Notes: generated from the letters alone by a model not told the origin. DNA of 64,000 bases from an uncultured Bacilli bacterium (GCA_947632085.1 CANRNY010000002.1:14151-78150), one strand, 5' to 3'. Shown: positions 56,987 to 64,000, counted from the first letter of the stretch. Translations and numbers: made by a program.

Positions 56987-57244
56987 ATGAATAATAATAA
57001 GGTCTGTGTAGATTTGATTGTGCCTAGTATCGAAGAAAGATACAATGTTTTTATTCCTGTTAATAAGAAGACTATTGAAATTATATTCTTATTAAATAAG
57101 GCGATTAGTGATATGACAGATGGTAGTTTTCCAATGTCTGATAAGTTGTCATTAATTAATGCTGATAACGGGGCTGTTTATGATGTTGATAAAACTTTTT
57201 TAGAGAACAACATTTTAAATGGTGCAAAAATAATTTTGATATAA
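56987..57244 (+). CDS. esaB: YukD/EsaB-like ubiquitin-fold T7SS protein
   Basis: 85 aa. The 'VCVDLIVPSIEERYNVFIPVNKKTIEI...' beta-grasp-like pattern, the size and the position next to essC all fit. Confidence 0.75.
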   Translation: MNNNKVCVDLIVPSIEERYNVFIPVNKKTIEIIFLLNKAISDMTDGSFPMSDKLSLINADNGAVYDVDKTFLENNILNGAKIILI

Positions 57245-57259
57245 GGAGGTGTAAGATTA

Positions 57260-57568
57260 GTGGAAACATTTAGAATTTCAGGAGAAGAAATGGGTCAAAC
57301 TATTTCTATGTTAAAAAGTGCTGCTGAAGCAATGAACGATGTAGCTGACGAGATGAAAGAAACTGTTAAAAACGTATTACTTACAAGTGGGTTAAGTGGT
57401 GATACTGCAAACACTTTAACTGAAATGTATGATCAAGACGTATTAACTTCTATTCGTAATTTTAACGAAGAATTAAATGAATATATAGCTAAAAATGAAA
57501 CAGTTTATAATGCTGCTCAAGAAACAAGTTCAGCAACAAATAGAATTGCTAGTTCTGTTGTAAAATAA
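57260..57568 (+). CDS. Small helical WXG100-superfamily-like protein (LSG in place of WXG)
   Basis: 102 aa, helix-turn-helix length, central 'SGLSGDTANTL'. AAGGAGG RBS, GTG start. Confidence 0.6.
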   Translation: METFRISGEEMGQTISMLKSAAEAMNDVADEMKETVKNVLLTSGLSGDTANTLTEMYDQDVLTSIRNFNEELNEYIAKNETVYNAAQETSSATNRIASSVVK

Positions 57569-57589
57569 TTGATGAAAGGGTGATTATAG

Positions 57590-57907
57590 GTGAAAGAGAC
57601 ATTCGATGTCCAAGCTGCAACTGAAGCTTTAAAAACAGCTTTAGCAAGTAATGATGAATTAATTGCTAAATTTGCTGATGCAAATAAAAAAGTAGAAGAA
57701 GCTTTTACTTCTGCTGGTGGAGCATTAGGTGGTAATTTAGGTACTATTGCTGGTAACTTATGGGTAGAAGGCTCTGGAGAAAGCTTCGAACATAAAGTTA
57801 GAACTCAAACTGAAAATTTCCTTGCTTATAAAGTTAATGAAATCATTAATGAAATGGAATCATTTTCTGAATCAGCAAGTCAAACTTATGGTAATAGTGG
57901 TCAATAA
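57590..57907 (+). CDS. Small helical WXG100-superfamily-like protein
   Basis: 105 aa, central 'LWVEGSGESFEHKV'. Paired with the preceding ORF. Confidence 0.6.
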   Translation: MKETFDVQAATEALKTALASNDELIAKFADANKKVEEAFTSAGGALGGNLGTIAGNLWVEGSGESFEHKVRTQTENFLAYKVNEIINEMESFSESASQTYGNSGQ

Positions 57908-57912
57908 TTTAT

Positions 57913-57977
57913 ATACTGCATAGTTTTTATGCAGTATGTTATAAATAAAAAATTATAATTTTTTATTTATAACATAC
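57913..57977 (+). other. Two overlapping hairpins (9-bp stem plus perfect 44-nt palindrome)
   Basis: ATACTGCAT (57913-57921) / ATGCAGTAT (57929-57937). GTATGTTATAAATAAAAAATTA / TAATTTTTTATTTATAACATAC spans 57934-57977. The two structures share 57934-57937. Confidence 0.8.
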
Positions 57978-58000
57978 TTGGAGTATAAGGAGGTTATGAT

Positions 58001-58297
58001 ATGGCTTATGATTTTGAATTTGACGATGAAAAAGTAACAGAAGTAGTTGAGACGATTTTTGAATCATATGAGAATCTTTGGGATAATTGTGATAATTTAT
58101 ATAATGAACTAGGAAATATGGAAGATTCTTGGTCAGGGGATACGTATGAAAATTATGTATCTGGTATTAAATCATATGAAGGTTCCGTCAGAGGTGTTCC
58201 TTCAATTCTTTGGGCTTTTAGAGAAGCTTTACTTGATGCCAAAGAAAAAGGAAATGATTTAATAACTAATGTAAAATCTTCACTTGATATATTTTAA
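58001..58297 (+). CDS. WXG100 family protein (EsxA-like)
   Basis: 98 aa with central 'EDSWSGDTYENYV' (W-S-G). AAGGAGG RBS. Confidence 0.8.
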   Translation: MAYDFEFDDEKVTEVVETIFESYENLWDNCDNLYNELGNMEDSWSGDTYENYVSGIKSYEGSVRGVPSILWAFREALLDAKEKGNDLITNVKSSLDIF

Positions 58298-58308
58298 GGA
58301 GGTAAATT

Positions 58309-58773
58309 ATGGCAGGGTTGAATGAAAATTTTTCTAATAGTCGTGTTTCTTCAACAATATCAAAAACAGTTTTATCAAACTTTAAAGAAGTTTATGATAT
58401 TGAAGGAATGGCAGGACATATATCTAGTTTTGCTGGTTTACTTCAAGCATATGAAGAAGAGACAGGTAAAATAGATGATTCAGTATCGGAAACGATAGGT
58501 GCTGATGGCTTTAAAGGTGATTATGCCAATAAATTACTTGATACATATGAAAGTTTAGTTGGTAATTTTACTGGCTTTCTTGAGCATTATGATGAATGGA
58601 ATGATATGGTTGCTGTTGAAGACTCAATGTATGGCTCATTTAATGAAAAATCAATAGGTGAGTATAAAAGTGTTGGTAGTGGCGGTAAACTACCTTATAA
58701 GAAAGCTTCTGAAAATCGTAGTCCTAGTGGTAAAAAAGTTACTACTACTAATACTACTCCTGCAGTTAAATAA
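58309..58773 (+). CDS. Helical T7SS-associated protein (FKG variant of the WXG turn) with Ser/Thr-rich tail
   Basis: 154 aa, 'GADGFKGDYANKLLDTYE'. No TM. Confidence 0.55.
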   Translation: MAGLNENFSNSRVSSTISKTVLSNFKEVYDIEGMAGHISSFAGLLQAYEEETGKIDDSVSETIGADGFKGDYANKLLDTYESLVGNFTGFLEHYDEWNDMVAVEDSMYGSFNEKSIGEYKSVGSGGKLPYKKASENRSPSGKKVTTTNTTPAVK

Positions 58774-58808
58774 CATGACAATTAATATTGAATAAGAGGT
58801 GAAATATT

Positions 58809-59048
58809 ATGAAATATAGTACAGTTGGTGGAGCAACTGAAGAGATTGATAAGGCATTATCAGCTGCTGATGCTCTTTTAGCACTTCTTACTGTAGATAC
58901 TTTGGATTCGGATGCTGCACATCTTGATACAATTAATGAAAAAGTAAAAAAATTGAAAGAAGATGTAGAGCAAAATAAGGAAGATTTAATTGAAAAAGCT
59001 GAAAAGATGAAAACGATTGATGATGAAGTGACGGGAGGTTGGTCATAA
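58809..59048 (+). CDS. Small helical protein (79 aa), T7SS locus
   Basis: GAGGTGA RBS and a coiled-coil-like sequence. Its stop overlaps the next start by 1 nt. Confidence 0.5.
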   Translation: MKYSTVGGATEEIDKALSAADALLALLTVDTLDSDAAHLDTINEKVKKLKEDVEQNKEDLIEKAEKMKTIDDEVTGGWS

Positions 59049-61582
59049 TGCCATATTTAAAAATAAATAAAGCTAATCTTACTGATACCGTTGCTAAGTC
59101 TGAAGAAACAAAAGAGAGTTTAAATAGTGCTGAAACAGCTTTAACTAATTTTGTTAGTTCAGCGAAAACACATTGTAGTAATTGGGAAAATAGCTATTGG
59201 CAAAAATTTAAAGATCAAGCTGGAATTAGTGAAAGCTCTTATATGATAACTACTGCAGATGGTTCTGAATTAGATAAAGATCGATATAATGCTGCAGTAG
59301 AGGCTGCTGCAAGACAGATTGTAAAAAATAAAATGGAAGAATATAAAGGCTATACAACTGATATGACTAAAGTAATACATGAAAATTATACGTTGATGCT
59401 TGATGTATATACAGCTTTTAATAATGTACAAAATTATTTAAATGAATTTGAAGGCAATACAGTTGGTTCATTAGAAGAATACTTTAAAGCTAGTTTTGAT
59501 AGACATGATCTTGATTATGAAGATTATAATTACAGTTTTGAATACGAAGTTGATAAAAAAGGAAATGAAATTCAAACTTTAGCTGTTGAAGTTTCAGGTG
59601 CTTATGCAAACTTAGATGAAACTGCAGTAGAATTTATTACTAGTGAAGGAGCTAAAATGATTTTACCATATGTTAAAGTATTTGATTTGGTAGATGATGA
59701 AGAGTTCCAAAATATGACTCCAGAACAACAACGTGCAGTTGTTACAAAGGTAATTCAAGAGGCAGAGGATGCAGTAGATGATCAAACTGAAAGTTATAGA
59801 AAAAGAGGATTATATTCTGTTACTGATGCTGATGAAATTGCTGATAGATATGAACAAGATACTGGCGTAAAATATAATAAAAAACGTGTTGCTAAAGAAG
59901 CTGATTACTTTAGAGAAAAAGCTGGTGTTGATAAAAAGAATGATTTTGGTCTTGGACAAACTGCAGCTGGTATGGTAACAGGAGTTGGGGTTTATAATTT
60001 TGCGAAGAGTAATGGCCCTGCTAAAAGTGAAGACTTAGAAAAAGATGGCCTTGGTTATTTAAAAAGAGGTCGTGATAATGTTGCTGAAGGTAAAAATTTG
60101 GACGAAGATGGTAATGTAGATAAGAAAAAATTAATTAAACCTGAACCTGGTGAAGGTCCAAAAACTAAAGATGATGAAACGGAAGAAATTGCATTAGATA
60201 AAGAAATTGAAATTGGTGATGAAGACACTGAAACTGTGAGTGAAGGTACTAGTGAAGATGCTAGTGGAGCTACTGGTGGTTCCGGCGGAGGTACCGGTGG
60301 CGGTGGCTACTCTGATGATGGAGGTTCATCCGGTGGTGGCGGAGGTGGAAGCAGCTCAAGCTCTAGCTCAAGCTCAACTCCAGAACCAAGTCCTGAACCA
60401 AAACCAGATACAACACCAGAACCAGTAGTTGATAAAATTATTCCAGATAATAGAACAACAGAGTTAATAGATGATCCAATTCCTAAGAGTCCTGAGGTTG
60501 AAACTAAATATGATAATGCTACTATTGATAGATTAGCAGAAGAAGAATACTATAATAGATATACTCCAGAAGAATTAGCTGATTATAGAAATGAACAAAT
60601 GAATGAATTAGAAGAAATGTATGTTCAAGAAGATAAGAGTGAATTAATTGAATTCTTAACTGATTCAGGATATGAATTAAGTGATGCTCAAGTAATTGCT
60701 GAAGATAAAGAACTTAGTCTTGCGGCATTCTTAGCTGCTAAACAAAGTGCTGATATGGCAGATATTTCTAAATCAATTGCTCAAGGGGCAAATGTGGATA
60801 TGTCACATTTTGATACTAGATATGATGATGTTCCATCTTATAAAGATTTAGTTTCTGGTGAAACAAGTGCTTCATTATCAAATCCAAATAACGATCCAAA
60901 TGTAGCTAATGCTAGACAAAATATGAATAATGCTAAAGCTCAATATGATAAAGCTGTTGATAATGCTAATAAGTCAATAGAAAATGCAAATGATAATAAA
61001 GACAAATTAGATAGCATTAGAAAGAGCATAGTTAAAAAATCTGGAAATGATAGTAGTAAATGGTCTGAAGCAGAAATTGAGAAATATAATGATGCTGTTA
61101 AGGATTACAATGATTCAGTAAGAGAAGCTAATGAAGATGTTGCTACAGCCCAAGAAGCTAAAGAAACATATGAAAATACTAAAGAAGCATATGAAAATAG
61201 TAGAGAAGCTTACTATGAACGTGTAAAAGAAGACTTACAAGCTAATAAAGGAACTACTGATAATGTAGGAGAAACACCAGAAGTATCTGATACACCACAA
61301 AATGGTGGTGGAACACCAGATGTTGAAGTTAAAGATGATGGTATTGGTCTTCCTAAAGAACCAGCGGGAACTGAAGTTAAAGACGATGGTATTGGTGTTC
61401 CAGCTGAGTCAGTTGATAACTCACAAGATGGTTATGTTTCAGTAGATGAAAATGGAACAGGTATGGGTATTAGAAATACTGATACAGAAAATGATAATTT
61501 TACAAATGAAAATAATGAAGAATACATATACCATGAATCTGAAGGACAAGTAAATGTTAGCAATAATGGTATTGGTGTATAA
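59048..61582 (+). CDS. Large acidic candidate T7SS substrate (LXG-like N-terminal helical region, Gly/Ser/Pro linker, coiled-coil C-terminal part)
   Basis: GGGAGG is 9 nt before ATG 59048. No signal peptide. Glycine-zipper-like 'GLGQTAAGMVTGVGVYNFA', low-complexity 'GGSGGGTGGGGYSDDGGSSGGGGGGSSSSSSSSSTPEPSPEPKPDTTPEP', and terminal 'VKDDGIG(L/V)P' repeats. Confidence 0.6.
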   Translation: MPYLKINKANLTDTVAKSEETKESLNSAETALTNFVSSAKTHCSNWENSYWQKFKDQAGISESSYMITTADGSELDKDRYNAAVEAAARQIVKNKMEEYKGYTTDMTKVIHENYTLMLDVYTAFNNVQNYLNEFEGNTVGSLEEYFKASFDRHDLDYEDYNYSFEYEVDKKGNEIQTLAVEVSGAYANLDETAVEFITSEGAKMILPYVKVFDLVDDEEFQNMTPEQQRAVVTKVIQEAEDAVDDQTESYRKRGLYSVTDADEIADRYEQDTGVKYNKKRVAKEADYFREKAGVDKKNDFGLGQTAAGMVTGVGVYNFAKSNGPAKSEDLEKDGLGYLKRGRDNVAEGKNLDEDGNVDKKKLIKPEPGEGPKTKDDETEEIALDKEIEIGDEDTETVSEGTSEDASGATGGSGGGTGGGGYSDDGGSSGGGGGGSSSSSSSSSTPEPSPEPKPDTTPEPVVDKIIPDNRTTELIDDPIPKSPEVETKYDNATIDRLAEEEYYNRYTPEELADYRNEQMNELEEMYVQEDKSELIEFLTDSGYELSDAQVIAEDKELSLAAFLAAKQSADMADISKSIAQGANVDMSHFDTRYDDVPSYKDLVSGETSASLSNPNNDPNVANARQNMNNAKAQYDKAVDNANKSIENANDNKDKLDSIRKSIVKKSGNDSSKWSEAEIEKYNDAVKDYNDSVREANEDVATAQEAKETYENTKEAYENSREAYYERVKEDLQANKGTTDNVGETPEVSDTPQNGGGTPDVEVKDDGIGLPKEPAGTEVKDDGIGVPAESVDNSQDGYVSVDENGTGMGIRNTDTENDNFTNENNEEYIYHESEGQVNVSNNGIGV
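61325..61420 (+). repeat. Tandem 48-nt duplication encoding EVKDDGIG(L/V)P units
   Basis: GAAGTTAAAGATGATGGTATTGGTCTTCC (61325) versus GAAGTTAAAGACGATGGTATTGGTGTTCC (61373). A third 'NNGIGV' lies at the C-terminus. Confidence 0.7.
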
Positions 61583-61603
61583 TAGAGGTAAGGAGGAAAG
61601 AAT

Positions 61604-61978
61604 ATGAGAGAAAAGTATTTACCAATTGGAACGGTAGTTTTATTAAAAGGTGGAAAGAAAAGAGCGATGATTACTGGATTTTGTTCTGTAGCTCAAGAAA
61701 ATCAAGAAAAAATATATGATTACAGTGGATGTGTATATCCAGAAGGTTATTTAAGCTCTAATCAAGTTTGTTTATTCGATCATGATCAAATTGAAAAGAT
61801 TTTCTTCCTTGGCTTCGAAGATGATGAAGAAAAAGTCTTCAAAGATAAATTAAATAAAATTGTTTCTTTAATTGAAAATAACAATGGCAATACAAGTGTT
61901 AATGCAGATGGTACAGAAGGTAGTGCAGCTAGTACTGAACAAATAACTCCTTTTGCTCCAGCTGTTGAGGAAAATTAA
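61604..61978 (+). CDS. DUF4176-like protein (T7SS-associated)
   Basis: 'YLPIGTVVLLKGGKKRAMITGF...YDYSGCVYPEGY...LFDHDQIEKIFFLGFEDDEE' matches the DUF4176 pattern common in T7SSb/LXG loci. Confidence 0.7.
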   Translation: MREKYLPIGTVVLLKGGKKRAMITGFCSVAQENQEKIYDYSGCVYPEGYLSSNQVCLFDHDQIEKIFFLGFEDDEEKVFKDKLNKIVSLIENNNGNTSVNADGTEGSAASTEQITPFAPAVEEN

Positions 61979-62005
61979 AAAAAGACTATACATTAGTCTT
62001 TTTTT
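61979..62005 (+). terminator. Rho-independent terminator
   Basis: AAAGACTA / TAGTCTTT stem, loop TACAT, T-run. Confidence 0.75.
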
Positions 62006-62027
62006 ACATTTTATAAAAATCTTTTTA

Positions 62028-62056
62028 TTGATTAATTAGGATAATTTTTATATAAT
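62028..62056 (+). promoter_or_regulatory. Candidate promoter of the esx pair
   Basis: TTGATT (62028-62033), 17-nt spacer, TATAAT (62051-62056). The leader contains hairpin AGTCAAG/CTTGACT. Confidence 0.55.
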
Positions 62057-62168
62057 TAGAAATATAAGGATATGATGAGTAAGCTAGGGGTGTTTGGTAT
62101 ATAAGTCAAGCATTGTATTCTTTATGTTACTTGACTATATTCTTATAAAATTTTATGGAGGTGAAAAT

Positions 62169-62465
62169 ATGTCAAATGGTTTAGCAATTGATACAGAATT
62201 AGTTAACACTTCAGGAAGTGGTATCAATACTAACGGAACTACTTTCCAAGAAGAAGTAGAAAAATTCAAAAATCATAAAGAGGCTATTTTAGGTATCTGG
62301 AATGGAGAAGATGCTACTGAATTTGGAAATGTTGCAAATGAAGTTGCTACTTTACTTAATGAAGCTTCAATTACTGTACAAGAAGTTGGTACTCATTTAG
62401 TTAGTACTGCAAATGCTATGGATGAAACTGTAGCTGCTAATAAATCTAGCATGTCTGGAATCTAA
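62169..62465 (+). CDS. WXG100 family protein
   Basis: GGAGGTGA RBS before ATG 62169 (track start 62094 is upstream in the leader). Central 'LGIWNGEDATEFG' (W-N-G). 98 aa. Confidence 0.85.
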   Translation: MSNGLAIDTELVNTSGSGINTNGTTFQEEVEKFKNHKEAILGIWNGEDATEFGNVANEVATLLNEASITVQEVGTHLVSTANAMDETVAANKSSMSGI

Positions 62466-62494
62466 TAAAATATAAGAGAGGAAAGTGAATTAAT

Positions 62495-62794
62495 ATGGCT
62501 TTAGATAAATTAAATTATGAACAATTTACTCAAGAACAAACTGCTATTAATTCTTGCATTAGTAACATTGAACAAGAATTAAATGCTGCTAATAGTAAAT
62601 TAAATGAAGCAACAAGTGATGCTTCAGGTAAATGGGCTAATACTGATATTGAAGATTGGAATAGAATTTATGGCGATATTAACGCTAAATTCACAAGACT
62701 TCAAGAACTTATGAGAGCTGCTGCTGCTGCTGTTCAAAAAACAGAAAGTACAGAAAGTGCTTATAGTGGTTTTAGCAATACTACACAAGCTTAA
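62495..62794 (+). CDS. WXG100-like partner protein (EsxB-like, no strict WXG)
   Basis: 99 aa, helical, adjacent to and co-oriented with the WXG100 gene. GAGAGGAAAG RBS. Confidence 0.7.
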   Translation: MALDKLNYEQFTQEQTAINSCISNIEQELNAANSKLNEATSDASGKWANTDIEDWNRIYGDINAKFTRLQELMRAAAAAVQKTESTESAYSGFSNTTQA

Positions 62795-62804
62795 TAATGA
62801 ATAT

Positions 62805-62866
62805 ATGTACTACGAAAGTAGTACATTGTAAGTCGCTAATCTTTTTGGTTTAGCGATTTACAATGT
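62805..62866 (+). other. Two overlapping hairpins (9-bp GAAA-loop stem plus 17-bp stem)
   Basis: ATGTACTAC (62805-62813) / GTAGTACAT (62818-62826). ACATTGTAAGTCGCTAA (62823-62839) / TTAGCGATTTACAATGT (62850-62866) with one G-U pair. The two structures share 62823-62826. Confidence 0.8.
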
Positions 62867-62894
62867 ATTATTTATACAGAAAGATGGTGTGATT

Positions 62895-64000
62895 ATGGCA
62901 TATGATTTTACCGCTGATAGTGATATTCAAACTACTTTATCTGGTGAATTAACTGCACAAGCTAGTGAGTTTGAAACACAAGTAAGTCAATTGTATAGCG
63001 AAATTGATGGTTTAGCTTCATCATGGAAAGGTGAGGACTATACAGCTTTTAATGAGGGAGCTCATGGTTATGAAAAAGCATTAGCTGATTTAAAAGAAAG
63101 TATAGATCTTTTTGCTAAACATTTTGAAAGACTTTCTGCGGGAACAGAGGAGTTGGCTGTCAGTCTTGCAACGATAATTGAAAATGCTTTAGAAGGCGGT
63201 GAAGCTGGAGGATCTAGTGGTTCAGGAGGAACTGGTGGTTCTGGTGATAGCGCTGATCAAGATGCTGCAAGAGGTCAAACAAAGAGTGATGGTTCAGTTA
63301 ATCCATATGGTGGAGGAAGACCTGATAGAGTAGAAAATCCAGATGGCTCTTATTCTTATGTCTATAGAGATAAAGATGGTAATATAAGACAAAAAGATAC
63401 TTGGGATAAAGATGGTAATTTAATTGGACAAGAGACTTATGATGAGGACGGTAAAACCAAAAATTATTCTATGCAAGTTGATCAGACCGATGGTTCTTAT
63501 GTCGTTGAAAAATTTGATGGCGATAATATATTATCTCATGAAGAAAGAGATGCTGATGATAAATTAATTAAGTCAATTGAATATGGATACGATGCTGATG
63601 GAAATAATAATTTAAAAACTACTACTAATGCTGATGGTACTCGCTTTGAAGAAGATATTTCAAATGACGAAACAGTAGGTATTAGAGTTTATGACGAAAA
63701 TAATGAACTACAATTTGAAAATAAAACAGAAAATGCTTCTGAAATAGCTGCAGCTTTAGCTGCTGGGGCTTCATATACTTTGGGACCTAATGGTATGTAT
63801 CGAATCGATTCTAAAGATGCTGATGGAACAGTTGAAACTGTATATGATAAAGATGGTTCTAAACGTAAATGTAAGTATCAAAATAGCGATGGTACTTCTA
63901 AACTGGAATATTATAATAATGGTGAGATTGAAGAAACATTTGAATATGATTCAGATGGAAATCCTACTGCCCATTACAAAGTTAATGAAGATGGTGAATT
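62895..64000 (+). CDS. WXG100-domain / Rhs (YD-repeat) polymorphic toxin, 5' part (runs off the window)
   Basis: Not in the ORF track because it has no stop. Translation MAYDFTADSDIQ...'ASSWKGEDYTAFN' (W-K-G), Gly/Ser linker, then YD repeats 'YRDKDGNIRQKDTWDKDGNLIGQETYDEDGKT', 'YGYDADGNN', 'YDKDGSKR', 'EYDSDGNPT'. Confidence 0.8.
   Translation, partial: MAYDFTADSDIQTTLSGELTAQASEFETQVSQLYSEIDGLASSWKGEDYTAFNEGAHGYEKALADLKESIDLFAKHFERLSAGTEELAVSLATIIENALEGGEAGGSSGSGGTGGSGDSADQDAARGQTKSDGSVNPYGGGRPDRVENPDGSYSYVYRDKDGNIRQKDTWDKDGNLIGQETYDEDGKTKNYSMQVDQTDGSYVVEKFDGDNILSHEERDADDKLIKSIEYGYDADGNNNLKTTTNADGTRFEEDISNDETVGIRVYDENNELQFENKTENASEIAAALAAGASYTLGPNGMYRIDSKDADGTVETVYDKDGSKRKCKYQNSDGTSKLEYYNNGEIEETFEYDSDGNPTAHYKVNEDGE

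Noticed and set aside
57590-57907. Calling the 105-aa ORF a strict WXG100 protein because of 'WVEG'
   Set aside because: The spacing is W-x-x-G, not W-x-G. It is listed only as WXG100-superfamily-like, on size, helical character and context.
60240-60428. 62-aa off-frame ORF and a locally GC-rich patch that might suggest foreign DNA or a hidden gene
   Set aside because: The GC-rich stretch simply encodes the Gly/Ser/Pro low-complexity linker of the 847-aa protein (GGN/AGC/CCA codons). The off-frame ORF is a by-product.
1-64000. Search for tRNA, rRNA, CRISPR arrays, IS elements, integrases or prophage genes
   Set aside because: None seen. No cloverleaf-like GTTCGAATC motifs occur outside coding or ribozyme context, there are no regularly spaced direct repeats, and no transposase- or recombinase-like ORFs. 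The accessory clusters are therefore not visibly bounded by mobile-element genes within this window.

Overview
AT-rich (by eye about 30% G+C) chromosomal segment of a low-GC Firmicute that uses the standard code (TGA is a stop at 38364-38366 and 47024-47026; Trp is TGG). Gene content and a short ThrRS lacking the TGS domain suggest an Erysipelotrichia/Bacilli-like organism (inference). There are about 50 credible genes, almost all on the + strand. The first ~30 kb is ordinary housekeeping: HD-domain dGTPase-like enzyme, dapF, an M16 peptidase pair, rpsD, ezrA, cysteine desulfurase plus thiI, ackA, nrnA, recX, prsA, ftsK, and glmS behind a glmS ribozyme. A few envelope or unknown genes are interspersed. 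The rest holds the unusual content. (i) An 8-kb gene encodes a 2672-aa, apparently cytoplasmic repeat protein ending in an atypical eukaryotic-like kinase domain. (ii) After engB and der comes a four-gene cluster: a transglutaminase-like protein, an unknown, an AAA_5/MoxR-like ATPase with a coiled-coil N-terminus, and another unknown. (iii) A membrane-anchored serpin. (iv) thrS under T-box control. (v) A Pol-beta-superfamily nucleotidyltransferase. (vi) A type VIIb secretion locus with essC, a yukD/esaB-like gene, many WXG100-like small genes, an 847-aa acidic candidate substrate, a DUF4176-like gene and a WXG-Rhs toxin that runs off the window. This locus lacks recognisable EssB/EsaA/EssA genes inside the window. 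It also contains a recurring pair of overlapping hairpins after Esx-like gene pairs. I saw no rRNA, tRNA, CRISPR array, transposase or integrase. All functional calls come from recognising motifs by eye in the supplied translations and sequence; no database search or folding computation was run.
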